Assembly: GCA_963793265.1 (NCBI GenBank)
Contig: CAWBZI010000004.1
Span: forward strand, 702,901 to 766,900
Direction of reading: 5' to 3'
Origin: an uncultured cyanobacterium
Lineage (GTDB): Bacteria > Cyanobacteriota > Cyanobacteriia > Phormidesmidales > Phormidesmidaceae
DNA: 64,000 nt
The translations under genes were made by a program, and so were the position numbers. Of this stretch, positions 49,465 to 60,365 are shown piece after piece. Positions within the stretch are counted from its first letter, which is position 1, and each line of letters begins with the position of its first letter. The notes beneath the pieces were generated by a model that had not been told where the DNA came from, ran no database searches, and saw nothing but the letters and a program-made list of their open reading frames with translations.

Positions 49465-49479
49465 CTGGAACTCAAGCGG

Positions 49480-50376
49480 TTATTCTTCGGGGGCAGGCAG
49501 CGGTGTGGCACCATCGCCAATGCCACCGTCTGGCTCTACTGGAATCGGGGCATCAATCACAGGCGCTTCAACTTCAGAAGGCACTGCGGTAGGCTCTTCA
49601 ATGTCAGGAGTGACTTCACCCGGAACAGCGGGCGCAGGCGGTTCGCCTGTGAAATACTGCGCCTGCTCACGCAAAGACTCAGCCGACTCAGTTTCGCCCT
49701 GCTGCTCTAGCAAGTCTGCCGCCTTAAAGTAGTCTGTCACGATTGCTTCAATCACGTCTTCTGGTAAGTCTTGCAGGCCGCTTACCTCTAAATCGGCAGA
49801 GAGATAGGCGCGGTTAATGATAGATTCTGCGCGGCCTAAGTAAGCGTTGGGATCGGCATCGTTGATAGCGATCGCAGCTGTGTAGGCATCTACCGACTCA
49901 CCAAAATCTTCTGAGAGTGACAGGTTGTAGGCGCGGCTAAACGCCTGCTCGTACTCAGTAGCAGGGCGCACTTCAATTTCGTAATTGCCGCCTTTGCCAT
50001 CAAACGAAGTTGCGATCGCGCTATACATGCCTGACTCTGGCAGCTCTATCACGATGGTGGAGTTAAAAGTACCGCCGTAGTCATCATTAGAGGTCAGCGT
50101 CTCGCCGTCTGGGCCGTTGAGCAGTAGCAGCGTGTCAAAGTCGTCGCTTTGCAGCTCAATGGTCATCGCCTGGCCTGACTCGCCCTCAAAGGTGTAGGTG
50201 TCTTCTACCGGGGCGAGCGTACCTTGCTTTTGCAAAAGCGCCTGGGCTAAAGCAGCCTGGGCTACAACGCCTGCACCACCGGCAATCACGGCTGTAATAA
50301 AGAAACCTTTAGCGACCCGACGGGCTTTTTTGCTGGCGGCGTTTCCTACCGTAAAACGCTTTTTCATAAAATTCAT
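49480..50376 (-). CDS. Exported PPC-domain + TPR-like protein with acidic Pro-rich tail
   Basis: YTFEGESGQ..FDTLLLL..NDD..LPESGMY (PPC), then helical repeat. Confidence 0.8.
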   Translation of the reverse strand: MNFMKKRFTVGNAASKKARRVAKGFFITAVIAGGAGVVAQAALAQALLQKQGTLAPVEDTYTFEGESGQAMTIELQSDDFDTLLLLNGPDGETLTSNDDYGGTFNSTIVIELPESGMYSAIATSFDGKGGNYEIEVRPATEYEQAFSRAYNLSLSEDFGESVDAYTAAIAINDADPNAYLGRAESIINRAYLSADLEVSGLQDLPEDVIEAIVTDYFKAADLLEQQGETESAESLREQAQYFTGEPPAPAVPGEVTPDIEEPTAVPSEVEAPVIDAPIPVEPDGGIGDGATPLPAPEE

Positions 50377-50513
50377 AGTTGATTTAATCCCTTTTGATCC
50401 CCTGGGGGTCGGCTGCGGTTTGGTGCAAAACAGTATTTCACAAACTTAGGCTACTTGATGTAACGCACCAATATCTTGTGGGACACTATAGTAGCTGTCT
50501 TGATCTCGACACC

Positions 50514-50891
50514 ATGGGCACTCACATGAGGCGCACTCACATAAGCGCGGGGTTTAGCAAAGGACTGCTGCTTTGGCTCGCTTTTTCTACTTTTTTTACG
50601 TCTACGGCAAAGGCGCAGCCCATACCTACGAGTAGTCCGGCTGCAGGCATAGAAATGGTTGATGAGATTCCTGAGGAGATCTTGCGGACAGAGATTATTA
50701 CAGAGGCGCGATCGCCCTTAACGGGAGAGCCTATTAGCGCCGCCGAGTATGCTCAGCTTCAGGCAGAACTTGCAGAACCGGCAGGCGGTAATCTGGTGAG
50801 CCAGGATATTCGATATCTGCTCTTTCTACTTCAGGTGCGGCGAGCCATTAAGCCGATTGTGCCTTTTATCAAATCAAGCCGCGATCTCTAA
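50514..50891 (+). CDS. Conserved cyanobacterial hypothetical protein (signal peptide)
   Basis: PEEILRTEIITEARSPLTGEP..AAEYA; start uncertain. Confidence 0.65.
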   Translation: MGTHMRRTHISAGFSKGLLLWLAFSTFFTSTAKAQPIPTSSPAAGIEMVDEIPEEILRTEIITEARSPLTGEPISAAEYAQLQAELAEPAGGNLVSQDIRYLLFLLQVRRAIKPIVPFIKSSRDL

Positions 50892-51066
50892 CTGTCTACA
50901 ATCAATCAATCTATATTTAGCCGTAGGGCTATCTTGCAAATTAGTCGTAAAATGGCCTCGCTAACAAAGATCGATCAAAGTAACTACGTTTTGTTAAGCT
51001 AGCAGGCATATCAAAAAACATTGAATAGCCAAAGTTAATTAAAATACGCGTGTCAGGTAAGTATAT

Positions 51067-53370
51067 ATGTCGTCAACCATTGCTCTTGAGCAAATTGAAC
51101 GGGTTGTTTGGAATCAGCACCAAAACCCCTTTGAGGTACTTGGCCCCCACCCAATAGAGCAAGACGGCAAGCAGGTCTGGGTCGTACGCAGCTATTTACC
51201 CAAAGCCGACGCTGCCTGGGTGATTTTGCCTGATGCCCGCAAAGAGTACGAGATGCAGAACGAGCAGCATCCCCACTTTTTCGAGGCTATTGTTGACGCC
51301 GATGAGATAGCCAGCTACCAGATCCGCTACAAAGAAGGGGCCTGCGAGCATGTCGCCTACGATCCCTACGCGTTCAAGTCACCAGAAATCACCGAGTTCG
51401 ACGAGCACTTATTCGCCGAAGGCAATCACCAGCGCATTTACGAAAAAATGGGCGCGCACCCCATCGTCAAAGATGGAGTTTCGGGGGTGTATTTTGCCGT
51501 ATGGGCACCTAATGCGCGCAGCGTATCGCTAATCGGTGACTTTAATAGTTGGGATGGTCGGCAGCATCCAATGCGTAAGGGCAATACCGGCATCTGGGAC
51601 TTGTTTGTGCCCCAGCTCAAAGCAGGCGACTCGTATAAGTACGAGGTCAAAAATCTTGATGGCCACATTTATGAAAAGTCTGATCCCTACGGCTTTCAGC
51701 AAGAAGTGAGGCCAAAAACAGCCTCAGTGGTCACTGAGCTAAACAACTACGAATGGCACGATAATGACTGGATGGAGCACCGCCGTCAAACCGACGCGAT
51801 GACTCAGCCGATTGCGGTATATGAGCTGCATTTGGGCTCCTGGCTGCACGCGCCTTCGGTAGAGCCTGCCAAAAACGCAGACGGCAGCGATGCACCTGTA
51901 GTCACGGTTGCAGACCTTAAGCCGGGCGCGCGGTTTTTGACCTATCGGGAGCTAGCTGCCAAGCTCATTCCCTACGTTCAAGAGATGGGCTTTACGCACA
52001 TTGAGGTGATGCCGGTTGCCGAGCACCCGTTTGACGGCTCTTGGGGCTATCAGGTCACTGGCTACTTTGCGCCGACTTCGCGCTACGGCACGCCCGAAGA
52101 CTTCATGTACTTTGTCGATCAGTGCCACGTGCACGGCATTGGCCTAATTGTGGACTGGGTGCCGGGCCACTTTCCTAAAGACGGTCACGGTCTGGCCTTT
52201 TTTGACGGGACGCACCTCTATGAGCACGCCGATCCTAGGCGCGGTGAGCATAAGGAATGGGGCACGCTGGTCTTTAACTATGGCCGTCATGAAGTGCGCA
52301 ACTTTTTGATTGCTAACGCCCTCTTTTGGTTTGACAAGTATCACATTGACGGCATTCGAGTAGATGCTGTGGCCTCAATGCTGTATTTGGACTACAACCG
52401 TAAGCCGGGTGAGTGGGTTGCCAATGAGTACGGCGGACGCGAGAACATTGAGGCCGCAGAGTGCCTGAAGCAGGTGAACCACGTTCTCTTTAGCCACTAC
52501 CCTGGGGCGCTTTCGATTGCTGAAGAGTCTACGTCCTGGCCGATGGTGTCCTGGCCTACCTATGTCGGCGGGCTCGGCTTCAACCTGAAGTGGAATATGG
52601 GCTGGATGAACGACATGCTCGATTACTTCGAGATGGATCCCTGGTTCAGACAGTTTCATCAAAACAACATCACCTTCAGCATTTGGTACGCCTTTAGCGA
52701 GAACTTTATGCTGGCGCTCTCTCACGATGAGGTAGTGCACGGCAAGAGCCACATGATCGGCAAAATGCCGGGCGATGACTGGCAGAAGATGGCGAACTTA
52801 AGAGCGCTATACGGCTTTATGTACGCGCACCCTGGTAAAAAGACTTTGTTCATGGGAATGGAGTTTGGCCAGTGGAGCGAGTGGAATGTGTGGGGCGATT
52901 TGGAATGGCATCTGTTGCAGTTTGACGCGCACAAGAGCCTGAAGCACTGCCTGGAGCGGTTGAACTATTTGTATCGACGTGAGCCTGCGCTATATACCCA
53001 AGACTTTTCTCAAGAAGGGTTTGAGTGGGTGGACTGTAGCGATAACAAGCACAGCGTTGTCTCGTTTATTCGCTTTGACAAAGAGAGTGACGAGTTTATT
53101 TTGACGGTGTGTAACTTTACGCCGCAGCCACACAGCCATTACCGAGTAGGGATTCCTGTGAAGGGCTACTATCGTGAGATTTTCAACAGCGATGCGCGTG
53201 AGTTCGGTGGGGCTAATATCGGCAACTTGGGCGGCAAATGGTCAGATGATTGGGCGTTCCACAGTCACCCTTATTCGCTAGATCTGACGCTGCCACCTTT
53301 GAGCGTGATTATGCTTAAGCTGGACGTGCAGAAGACGCAGGCGGCGTTAAGTGGTACGGCTGAGGGCTGA
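51067..53370 (+). CDS. glgB: 1,4-alpha-glucan branching enzyme (GH13)
   Basis: [53 protein letters not shown]. Confidence 0.97.
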   Translation: MSSTIALEQIERVVWNQHQNPFEVLGPHPIEQDGKQVWVVRSYLPKADAAWVILPDARKEYEMQNEQHPHFFEAIVDADEIASYQIRYKEGACEHVAYDPYAFKSPEITEFDEHLFAEGNHQRIYEKMGAHPIVKDGVSGVYFAVWAPNARSVSLIGDFNSWDGRQHPMRKGNTGIWDLFVPQLKAGDSYKYEVKNLDGHIYEKSDPYGFQQEVRPKTASVVTELNNYEWHDNDWMEHRRQTDAMTQPIAVYELHLGSWLHAPSVEPAKNADGSDAPVVTVADLKPGARFLTYRELAAKLIPYVQEMGFTHIEVMPVAEHPFDGSWGYQVTGYFAPTSRYGTPEDFMYFVDQCHVHGIGLIVDWVPGHFPKDGHGLAFFDGTHLYEHADPRRGEHKEWGTLVFNYGRHEVRNFLIANALFWFDKYHIDGIRVDAVASMLYLDYNRKPGEWVANEYGGRENIEAAECLKQVNHVLFSHYPGALSIAEESTSWPMVSWPTYVGGLGFNLKWNMGWMNDMLDYFEMDPWFRQFHQNNITFSIWYAFSENFMLALSHDEVVHGKSHMIGKMPGDDWQKMANLRALYGFMYAHPGKKTLFMGMEFGQWSEWNVWGDLEWHLLQFDAHKSLKHCLERLNYLYRREPALYTQDFSQEGFEWVDCSDNKHSVVSFIRFDKESDEFILTVCNFTPQPHSHYRVGIPVKGYYREIFNSDAREFGGANIGNLGGKWSDDWAFHSHPYSLDLTLPPLSVIMLKLDVQKTQAALSGTAEG

Positions 53371-53426
53371 GGCGGGCTTTGATTGCGTAGTCGTAGTTAC
53401 AGTAACTTGAGGCCATTTACAGTTAG

Positions 53427-54617
53427 ATGAGGGCACACTTGCTGCTCTCCTTTGTGACTAAACTGGCCTCTCATATCGGTGTAGATGGCTCCCGGCTTCT
53501 CTTTGATTTGAAGCGATGCGGTGAGCTGGTGAGCGGTGTGGCTGGGTGTTTGGATGCTGATGTGATCGCTGCCTATATCACAGCCGGTATCGTCGAACAG
53601 TTTGGCTGTGCGTTTGCCAGAATTTGGCTAGTGGAGAGCGATCGCACCTCCCTAAAACTGGTCGCCTCTGCGGGCCTATATACCCGACTCAACGGCTCCT
53701 TTGCCCGTGTGCCCATGGGTCACTTCAAGGTAGGAAAAATTGCCCAGAACTGCATTCCCTTTTTAAGTAATGCTTTAGCTGATGAAGCGTGGGTGAAAGA
53801 TCGCGCTTGGGCCATAGAGAATGATATCAAGGGGTTTGCTGGACTGCCGCTGATGGCAGAGGGTGACGCTATTGGTGTGCTAGCTGTTTTTAGCCATCGC
53901 GCGTTAGCGCCTGAATTTTTAGAAGTGTTGCAGATGTTAAGTGTCTCGGTAGCGGGCGGATTGGCTAGCGCGCTAAAGCATCGGGATGTGGTGCGCTCTG
54001 TAGGATTGAAGACGCAAGAGTCGCCCGCAGTTCTACCTGCTTTGTCGGAGCAGCTAGCGGCTATTTTAGGACAGCAAAAGCTTAGCCTGATGGGCGTTGA
54101 ACAGGCGATCGCACCTGCCGTTTCTCAGCTGTTGGTGCAGGTGGCAACCTGTTTGGCGAAGCTGCCCTGTCACTACTGTCGCCTGGTTTATGAAGCGACA
54201 GATATCGCCCTAGAGGCTATGCTGCTAGCTAAAGCCGTTAAGGAAGATAATCCGCACTTTAAAAATGAGCTAGCCAATTTTACAACAACTGTTGAACGAC
54301 TAGGCGGCACGTTCAAAATGCAGACAGATACAAATCAAACGGTTGTTGAAGTTCGGTTACATCTGCCTCAGCGGATTTCTGGCGATTCCTTAGCAGAGAA
54401 TAATTTTGAGCAGCCATGGGTTGAATCGCCGCTTTCTGAACGAGAAAAGGAAGTGATTAGTCTATTAGCGCAGGGACTACGCGATAGAGAGATTGCGGAG
54501 CAGCTTTTTATCAGTCAGCGAACGGTTAAGTTTCATACTAAAAACATGCTGGACAAGCTAGCGGTTAAAACGCGAATACAGGCTGTTTTTAAGGCGACCA
54601 AGAAAGGATGGCTGTAG
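53427..54617 (+). CDS. GAF + LuxR-type HTH transcriptional regulator
   Basis: ARIWL..LKLVASAG..GKIAQ..FAGLPL (GAF); LSEREKEVISLLAQGLRDREIAEQLFISQRTVKFH (LuxR HTH). Confidence 0.9.
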   Translation: MRAHLLLSFVTKLASHIGVDGSRLLFDLKRCGELVSGVAGCLDADVIAAYITAGIVEQFGCAFARIWLVESDRTSLKLVASAGLYTRLNGSFARVPMGHFKVGKIAQNCIPFLSNALADEAWVKDRAWAIENDIKGFAGLPLMAEGDAIGVLAVFSHRALAPEFLEVLQMLSVSVAGGLASALKHRDVVRSVGLKTQESPAVLPALSEQLAAILGQQKLSLMGVEQAIAPAVSQLLVQVATCLAKLPCHYCRLVYEATDIALEAMLLAKAVKEDNPHFKNELANFTTTVERLGGTFKMQTDTNQTVVEVRLHLPQRISGDSLAENNFEQPWVESPLSEREKEVISLLAQGLRDREIAEQLFISQRTVKFHTKNMLDKLAVKTRIQAVFKATKKGWL

Positions 54618-54622
54618 CCTTT

Positions 54623-55900
54623 CTACGAACCAATCGCGACCTCGTTAACTGCCTGAGTCATTTGCTTCGGCTGCGCCTTATGTTTGAGACTGATGCAGTC
54701 AGCTAAATGAATTGCATCGCGAGCAACGCCTGAAAAACGACCCGAACCCCAGGTGTAAAGCCAGGGCAAACCGATAAAGTAAAGCCCTTCTTCAGTCGTA
54801 ACACCGCGCTCGTGAGTCGGATAGCCCTTACCGTCAAAGGCGGGAACTTCGATCCAGCGAAAGTCCATGTGGTAGCCAGTAGCCCAGATGATAGTGCCAA
54901 TGTTTTCAGCTTCTAGATCAACAGATAGTGGTACGTTCTGAGGCTGCCACACAGGTTTGTAAGGCGGCTCTGTGGGCGCTGATATATTGTTCTTTTCTAT
55001 GTATTTATCAATAGTGCCTTTAATACTTTCGGCCACGCTGTCAGCCTGATCAAGGTTGTGCTGTAGATCGCTCTGAAGTTTTACGAGCGAACCTTGAATA
55101 GCTTTGAGCTTACCGTAGAGCTTCATGCCCTCGGTGGCAAACTGTCGCAAGTCAATCTCTCTACCGCCGCCGCGACCTGTGACGTAGTGATTGGTTTTTG
55201 TTCTCACGGTTTCTTTTTGCGGGTGTTCGTCGATGGGAATGTCGTAGTAGCCGAGCTGATCGAGCCAGTCAACGACATCTTTGCCCCGGTATTCGCGGGG
55301 CGATCGCGGAGCCCCGCCCACACACAAATGCACTTGCTTACCCGCAATATGCAGGTCTTCGGCAATCTGACAGCCCGATTGACCGGTTCCGACGACCAGT
55401 ACGCCTTTATCCGGTAGTGACTGCGGATTCTTGTATTCTGAGGAGTGTAGCTGATAGATCTTTTGAGGAAGCCGTTCGCTGATGCGCGGAATCTTAGGCT
55501 GATGGTAGCCGCCTGTGGCGATGATAACCTGCTTGGCGGTGTAGTCACCGATAGAAGTGAAGACTTTGAAAAGGCGATCGCCCCGCTCAATTTTATTAAC
55601 CGCAACGCCTTCTTTTATATTCGGCTGAAAAGAGTCTGCATAGTCTCGAACATACTGCACAATCTGATCTCGTGGCATAAATCCGTGAGGATCTGACCCT
55701 GGATAAGCATAGCCCGGCAGATCGCACTGCCAGTTTGGCGTTACCAGGCAAAAGGAATCCCAACGTTTAGACTCCCAGGCGTGGGCAATCCTGTTCTTTT
55801 CAAATATGATGTGCTCGATTCCCCGCTGTTTTAGGCAGTAGCTTACCGATAGACCTGCCTGGCCACCACCAACAATAACAACTGGAAAGTGCGATCGCAT
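54623..55900 (-). CDS. nitH: Nit1C flavin-dependent oxidoreductase (MSMEG_0569 family)
   Basis: GGGQAGLS, RWDSFCLVTPNWQC, GTGQSGCQIAEDL, GLPWLYTWGSGRFSGV; ATG 55900. Confidence 0.9.
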   Translation of the reverse strand: MRSHFPVVIVGGGQAGLSVSYCLKQRGIEHIIFEKNRIAHAWESKRWDSFCLVTPNWQCDLPGYAYPGSDPHGFMPRDQIVQYVRDYADSFQPNIKEGVAVNKIERGDRLFKVFTSIGDYTAKQVIIATGGYHQPKIPRISERLPQKIYQLHSSEYKNPQSLPDKGVLVVGTGQSGCQIAEDLHIAGKQVHLCVGGAPRSPREYRGKDVVDWLDQLGYYDIPIDEHPQKETVRTKTNHYVTGRGGGREIDLRQFATEGMKLYGKLKAIQGSLVKLQSDLQHNLDQADSVAESIKGTIDKYIEKNNISAPTEPPYKPVWQPQNVPLSVDLEAENIGTIIWATGYHMDFRWIEVPAFDGKGYPTHERGVTTEEGLYFIGLPWLYTWGSGRFSGVARDAIHLADCISLKHKAQPKQMTQAVNEVAIGS

Positions 55901-55926
55901 AAAAACGAATAGAAACAATCTCTCCA

Positions 55927-55968
55927 ACCATAGTCAGACCTTACAAAACAGCTTGTATCAGCCGTTAC
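55927..55968 (-). promoter_or_regulatory. NtcA-activated promoter for the flavoprotein gene
   Basis: GTA-TCAGCCGT-TAC at 55955-55968, then 22 nt and TATGGT on the minus strand. Confidence 0.78.
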
Positions 55969-56013
55969 GAAACAACCCTATCTCGACCTATAGACAGGGA
56001 AGCCAGGCGGCTA

Positions 56014-56033
56014 ACCTGTCTAAAAGTGCAGGT
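56014..56033. promoter_or_regulatory. Lux-box-like 20-bp operator
   Basis: ACCTGTCTAAAAGTGCAGGT (ACCTG-N10-CAGGT) between the two NtcA sites. Confidence 0.55.
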
Positions 56034-56109
56034 AAGCTATTCAATTCCGTTCCATTTAAGTGGAATAGAACACTTACTTCCTGTCTTAACGATCAGGCTT
56101 TCTCTTTCG

Positions 56110-56151
56110 GTAACAACAGATACTAGCCGTGGTGTTTGTAGCCTTTACGCT
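56110..56151 (+). promoter_or_regulatory. NtcA-activated promoter for the Nit1C operon
   Basis: GTA-ACAACAGA-TAC at 56110-56123, then 22 nt and TACGCT. Confidence 0.82.
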
Positions 56152-56180
56152 GCGATCAGTATTTTTTGGGAGTGATTGAT

Positions 56181-56663
56181 ATGCCTGCTGTAACAACCCC
56201 AGCACATCAAGCCGGTGACTTTTTCGTAGACTACGAAGAGAAAGTGTTTCCTGACGTACAGGCTGAGCCTGGTGAGAAAGCGCTGGTGACTTTCCATACA
56301 GTCGCGTTTGAAGGATCGATTGGTCTGGTAAACCTGCTACAGGTCAGCCGTTTAATCAGTAAGGGATTCGATACTTCAGTGCTGCTGTATGGCCCAGGGG
56401 TAACGCTGGGCGTACAGCGGGGATTTCCTAAGCTAGGCGATGAAGCTTTTCCGGGCCATATGGCGATGAACAATCGGCTGGAAAAGATTATTGCAGATGG
56501 CGGCAAGGTGTATGCCTGTCGGTTTGCTTTGCAGGCGCTGTATGGTCATGGCGAGCCTTCTCTAATTCCAGGCATTACGCCGATTAATCCTTTGGATGTG
56601 ATGGATATTGTGCTGATGCATCGTAAGGATAACGCGTTTATTTTAGATACTTGGACGATGTAG
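56181..56663 (+). CDS. nitB: MSMEG_0572/Sll0783-family nitrogen-starvation protein (DsrE-like)
   Basis: [52 protein letters not shown] 56181. Confidence 0.92.
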   Translation: MPAVTTPAHQAGDFFVDYEEKVFPDVQAEPGEKALVTFHTVAFEGSIGLVNLLQVSRLISKGFDTSVLLYGPGVTLGVQRGFPKLGDEAFPGHMAMNNRLEKIIADGGKVYACRFALQALYGHGEPSLIPGITPINPLDVMDIVLMHRKDNAFILDTWTM

Positions 56664-56697
56664 ACCGCCTGCGCCCTACTCACACCGTATCTGTAAT

Positions 56698-57702
56698 ATG
56701 GACTACTCTCGAACCGTCAAAGCCGCTGCCGTACAGCTCTCACCTGTAATCCATAGCCAATCGGGCACTATGGAGAAAGTGCTAAAAGCCATTGATGAAG
56801 CTGCTCGTGAAGGGGTTGAGCTAATTGTTTTTCCTGAAACATTCGTTCCCTACTACCCCTATTTCTCTTTCGTGCTGCCGCCCGTATTGATGGGAAAAGA
56901 GCACATGAAACTGTACGAGGAATCTGTTGAAGTTCCTGGCCCAGTGACTGAAGCGGTTTCTCAGGCAGCGAGTACGCATCAAATGGTGATTGTGCTAGGG
57001 GTAAATGAGAGAGACGGCGGCTCTTTGTACAATACTCAGCTTATTTTTGATGCGGATGGCACTTGTTTGCTAAAGCGCCGTAAGCTAACGCCGACCTATC
57101 ATGAGCGGATGATTTGGGGCCAGGGCGACGGTTCGGGCTTAAAAGTTTGTGAGAGTGCGGTGGGCCGTGTGGGCGCGCTTGCCTGCTGGGAGCACTATAA
57201 TCCGCTGGCGCGCTACAGCCTAATGATGGCGCGTGAACAGATTCACTGTGGGCAGTTTCCCGGCTCGATGGTGGGCGATATTTTTGGTGAGCAAACAGAG
57301 GTCACAATGCGCCATCACGCCCTAGAGTCGGGCTGCTTTGTGGTGAACTCGACCGGGTGGTTAACGCCTGAGCAAGTGGAAGAAATTGCTCCGAATGAGG
57401 CTTTGCAGAAGGTGCTGTGTGGCGGTTGCTATACGGCCATCATTAGCCCAGAGGGAGTGCCATTGTGCGAGCCGATTCGAGAAGGGGAAGGGATGGCGAT
57501 CGCAACCCTCGATTTCTCTCTCATTACCAAGCGCAAACGCATGATGGATTCAGTAGGCCATTACGCCCGCCCCGATCTGTTGCAGCTCAAAGTTAAAACC
57601 GAAGAAAGCTCAATACCGCCTTTTACGCCGCCCATTCCATCCCCGCCTATTTCATCTCCGCCCATTCCATCTATAGACAGCCCTGCTGAAACCTATGTCT
57701 AA
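56698..57702 (+). CDS. nitC: Nit6803/Sll0784-type nitrilase
   Basis: Catalytic triad motifs [30 protein letters not shown]. Confidence 0.95.
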   Translation: MDYSRTVKAAAVQLSPVIHSQSGTMEKVLKAIDEAAREGVELIVFPETFVPYYPYFSFVLPPVLMGKEHMKLYEESVEVPGPVTEAVSQAASTHQMVIVLGVNERDGGSLYNTQLIFDADGTCLLKRRKLTPTYHERMIWGQGDGSGLKVCESAVGRVGALACWEHYNPLARYSLMMAREQIHCGQFPGSMVGDIFGEQTEVTMRHHALESGCFVVNSTGWLTPEQVEEIAPNEALQKVLCGGCYTAIISPEGVPLCEPIREGEGMAIATLDFSLITKRKRMMDSVGHYARPDLLQLKVKTEESSIPPFTPPIPSPPISSPPIPSIDSPAETYV

Positions 57703-58834
57703 TCTAGTTTCCTACGCACCAGACAAGTTTCTGACCACCGAGCCGATTAACCCACGGCAGATTATCACCGATCTGCAATCTAAGGGACTTAATTTGTTCT
57801 CTAATGAGGTAGGTGCGTCGGGCCGTAAAGGGGGCGCTGGGCCTTCTGATCATAAAGCGGTAACCATTGGCGAAACAACCGTCATGGTGCCGGTGTATAC
57901 GGATGGTGCGGCTGAGTCTCCTTATGGGGTGGATTGCGATCGCACCACTGGCAAGTCCTACCTCACCAAGCACAACCGAGTCATTAGCCCGCTCACATTC
58001 CCTCATCAGCCAAAGTTTTACAACCTGCAAACAGCAGACGGCATTCCGTATTCAAAGATCGCGCTATTGCACAGCAACAATGTTTTAGCGACAACCGTTT
58101 TACAAACCTGCATTCGCTATGAAAACCGGAAGACGGCCTGTCAGTTCTGTGCGATTGGACAGTCTTTGGAAGGCGATCGCACTATTGCTCAAAAGACGCC
58201 CGAGCAGCTAGCAGAGGTAGCTGAAGCCGCCGTTCGGCTAGATGGGGTTGAGCACATGATTATGACCACTGGAACGCCCAATACCACCGATCGAGGCGCA
58301 GCGTACTTAACAGACTGCGCCCGCGCGATTCGGGCCAGAGTAGATCTGCCGATTCAGGCCCAGTGCGAGCCACCTGATGACTTTCGCTGGTTTGAACGAA
58401 TGCGCGCGGCAGGCGTCGATAGCTTGGGAATGCATTTGGAGGCAGTTGATCCGGTGGTGCGAGCGAGGATTATGCCGGGGAAGGCAAAGGTGCTAGTGGC
58501 GTATTACTTTGAGGCTTTTGCGGCGGCAGTAGAGGTGTTCGGCAGAGGGCAGGTGAGCACTTATTTACTGGCTGGATTGGGCGATAGTAAAGAGACTCTG
58601 CTATCGGCCAGTGAGCGGTTGATAGCCGCTGGAGTGTACCCGTTTGTGGTGCCGTTTGTGCCGATTGTGGGGACGCCGCTGGCGCATTTTTCGCCGCCGA
58701 GCAGTGAATTTATGTTTGATTTGTATCAGCAGATAGGCGCGCAGATTAAACGGGCGGGATTGTTGTCGAGTGAGATGAAGGCAGGCTGTGCAAAGTGTGG
58801 AGCCTGTTCGGCGATTTCCGAATTTGAGAAATAG
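57695..58834 (+). CDS. nitD: MSMEG_0568/Sll0785-family radical SAM protein
   Basis: [27 protein letters not shown] (Cx9Cx2C), C-terminal GCAKCGACS. Confidence 0.92.
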   Translation: MSNLVSYAPDKFLTTEPINPRQIITDLQSKGLNLFSNEVGASGRKGGAGPSDHKAVTIGETTVMVPVYTDGAAESPYGVDCDRTTGKSYLTKHNRVISPLTFPHQPKFYNLQTADGIPYSKIALLHSNNVLATTVLQTCIRYENRKTACQFCAIGQSLEGDRTIAQKTPEQLAEVAEAAVRLDGVEHMIMTTGTPNTTDRGAAYLTDCARAIRARVDLPIQAQCEPPDDFRWFERMRAAGVDSLGMHLEAVDPVVRARIMPGKAKVLVAYYFEAFAAAVEVFGRGQVSTYLLAGLGDSKETLLSASERLIAAGVYPFVVPFVPIVGTPLAHFSPPSSEFMFDLYQQIGAQIKRAGLLSSEMKAGCAKCGACSAISEFEK

Positions 58835-58848
58835 AGTAAGGAATAACT

Positions 58849-59361
58849 ATGGCTAAACGAACTTACAGCTTCAAACTAGCGCTATCAACTGCTGAGATTG
58901 ACGATTACTTTAAACTTCGCCAACAGATTTTTTGCGAAGAACAAGGACTCTTTGAGCAGCACGATCGCGATTCTATTGACCCACAGTCTTATCCCATTGT
59001 CGCGATCGCCCATGAAGAAAACCAACCTGACCGCGTTGTCGGTGTCGTCAGAATCTACGAACAAGAAAACCGCCTGTGGTACGGCGGACGACTGGGCGTG
59101 CATCCCGACTTTAGACGAGTGGGGCGCATTGGTAAGGGCCTAATCCAGAAGGCTGTGACGACGGCGAATACCTGGGGGTGCGATCGCTTCCTAGCAACCG
59201 TACAGCTTCAAAACGTGCGATTTTTCACGCGGCTACACTGGAACAGCTTAGAAGAAATAGAGATTTTAGAACGCACGCATCATTTGATGGAAGCTGATTT
59301 GGCTCACTATCTGCCAACAGATCAGCCGCGCCCAGCTTTGCCTATACAGCAAGCGGCTTAA
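58849..59361 (+). CDS. nitE: Sll0786-family GNAT N-acetyltransferase
   Basis: LRQQIFCEEQGLF, WYGGRLGV, FLATVQLQNVRFF. Confidence 0.9.
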   Translation: MAKRTYSFKLALSTAEIDDYFKLRQQIFCEEQGLFEQHDRDSIDPQSYPIVAIAHEENQPDRVVGVVRIYEQENRLWYGGRLGVHPDFRRVGRIGKGLIQKAVTTANTWGCDRFLATVQLQNVRFFTRLHWNSLEEIEILERTHHLMEADLAHYLPTDQPRPALPIQQAA

Positions 59362-59366
59362 CTTCA

Positions 59367-60365
59367 GTGGCCCATTCCTTAGCTGATTTAATTACGTCTC
59401 TACAGTCTGCAACGAGTATTTTGCACAAGCAAGATATTCAAACAACAGCGGGCGTGACCGGTCAGTGTGTAAAAAGCATAGAAGGCTCGAAAATTCAGCT
59501 AGGCGATGACTGCGCCGCAATTCCTAACGGTATGAGTGCAGGCGACGGCTATTTGTTACTGGCGGCTGAGGGGATTTGGCCTGAACTGGTGGCGCGTGAT
59601 CCTTGGTTTGCAGGCTGGTGTGCGGTGATGGTAAATCTGTCGGATATTGCGGCGATGGGGGGAGAGGCGATCGCGCTAGTTGATGCTTTGTGGAGCCAGT
59701 CGGGCGAAAATGCTCAGCAGATTTGGGCTGGAATGCACGCGGCCTCTGAGCGCTACGGCGTTCCGATAGTCGGCGGGCACACGAACTGTCACAGCGATTA
59801 TGACGGTCTGTCGGTGGCAGTCATGGGCAGGGCGCAGCATTTACTCACTAGCTTTGATGCAAAAGTGGGCGATGCTTTAATGATGGTGGTGAATCTATCA
59901 GGTGCGTACTACGGCGACTATCCCTTTTGGAATGCCGCTACCACAGCCGAGTCTTTGCAGCTAAGAGAACAGCTTGCGCTCTTGCCAAAATTAGCCGAAT
60001 CGAAGCTATGTTATGCGGCAAAAGACATCAGCATGGGTGGATTGGCCGGTACGCTTTTGATGCTATGCGAGGCGTCTGGCTGTGGCGCACTGTTAGATCT
60101 TGACCGCGTTCCAAAGCCTCCTAAAGTCAGCTTACAGCGATGGCTAACAAGTTTTCCAAGCTTCGGTTTTTTGCTGAGCGTCCCTGTCTCAAATGTCTCA
60201 CAGGTCATAGATCTATTCTCTCCGTTCGGCCTAGCGTGCCAAACAGTAGGAGAGGTTACCGCTGGCTCACAGGTATGGCTACAACAGTTAGAAGATAAGC
60301 AGCTATTTTGGGATTTAGAGCGTGCTTTAACAGGATTCAACGGCACTAAGCTGGTATTGCAATGA
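59367..60365 (+). CDS. nitF: Sll0787-family AIR synthase-related protein
   Basis: LGDDCAAI, VMVNLSDIAAMGG, PIVGGHTN, AKDISMGG, FPSFGFLL. Confidence 0.9.
   Translation: MAHSLADLITSLQSATSILHKQDIQTTAGVTGQCVKSIEGSKIQLGDDCAAIPNGMSAGDGYLLLAAEGIWPELVARDPWFAGWCAVMVNLSDIAAMGGEAIALVDALWSQSGENAQQIWAGMHAASERYGVPIVGGHTNCHSDYDGLSVAVMGRAQHLLTSFDAKVGDALMMVVNLSGAYYGDYPFWNAATTAESLQLREQLALLPKLAESKLCYAAKDISMGGLAGTLLMLCEASGCGALLDLDRVPKPPKVSLQRWLTSFPSFGFLLSVPVSNVSQVIDLFSPFGLACQTVGEVTAGSQVWLQQLEDKQLFWDLERALTGFNGTKLVLQ

Noticed and set aside
59367..60365. Selenophosphate synthetase SelD or ThiL
   Set aside because: Same fold, but motifs and context match the Nit1C Sll0787 family
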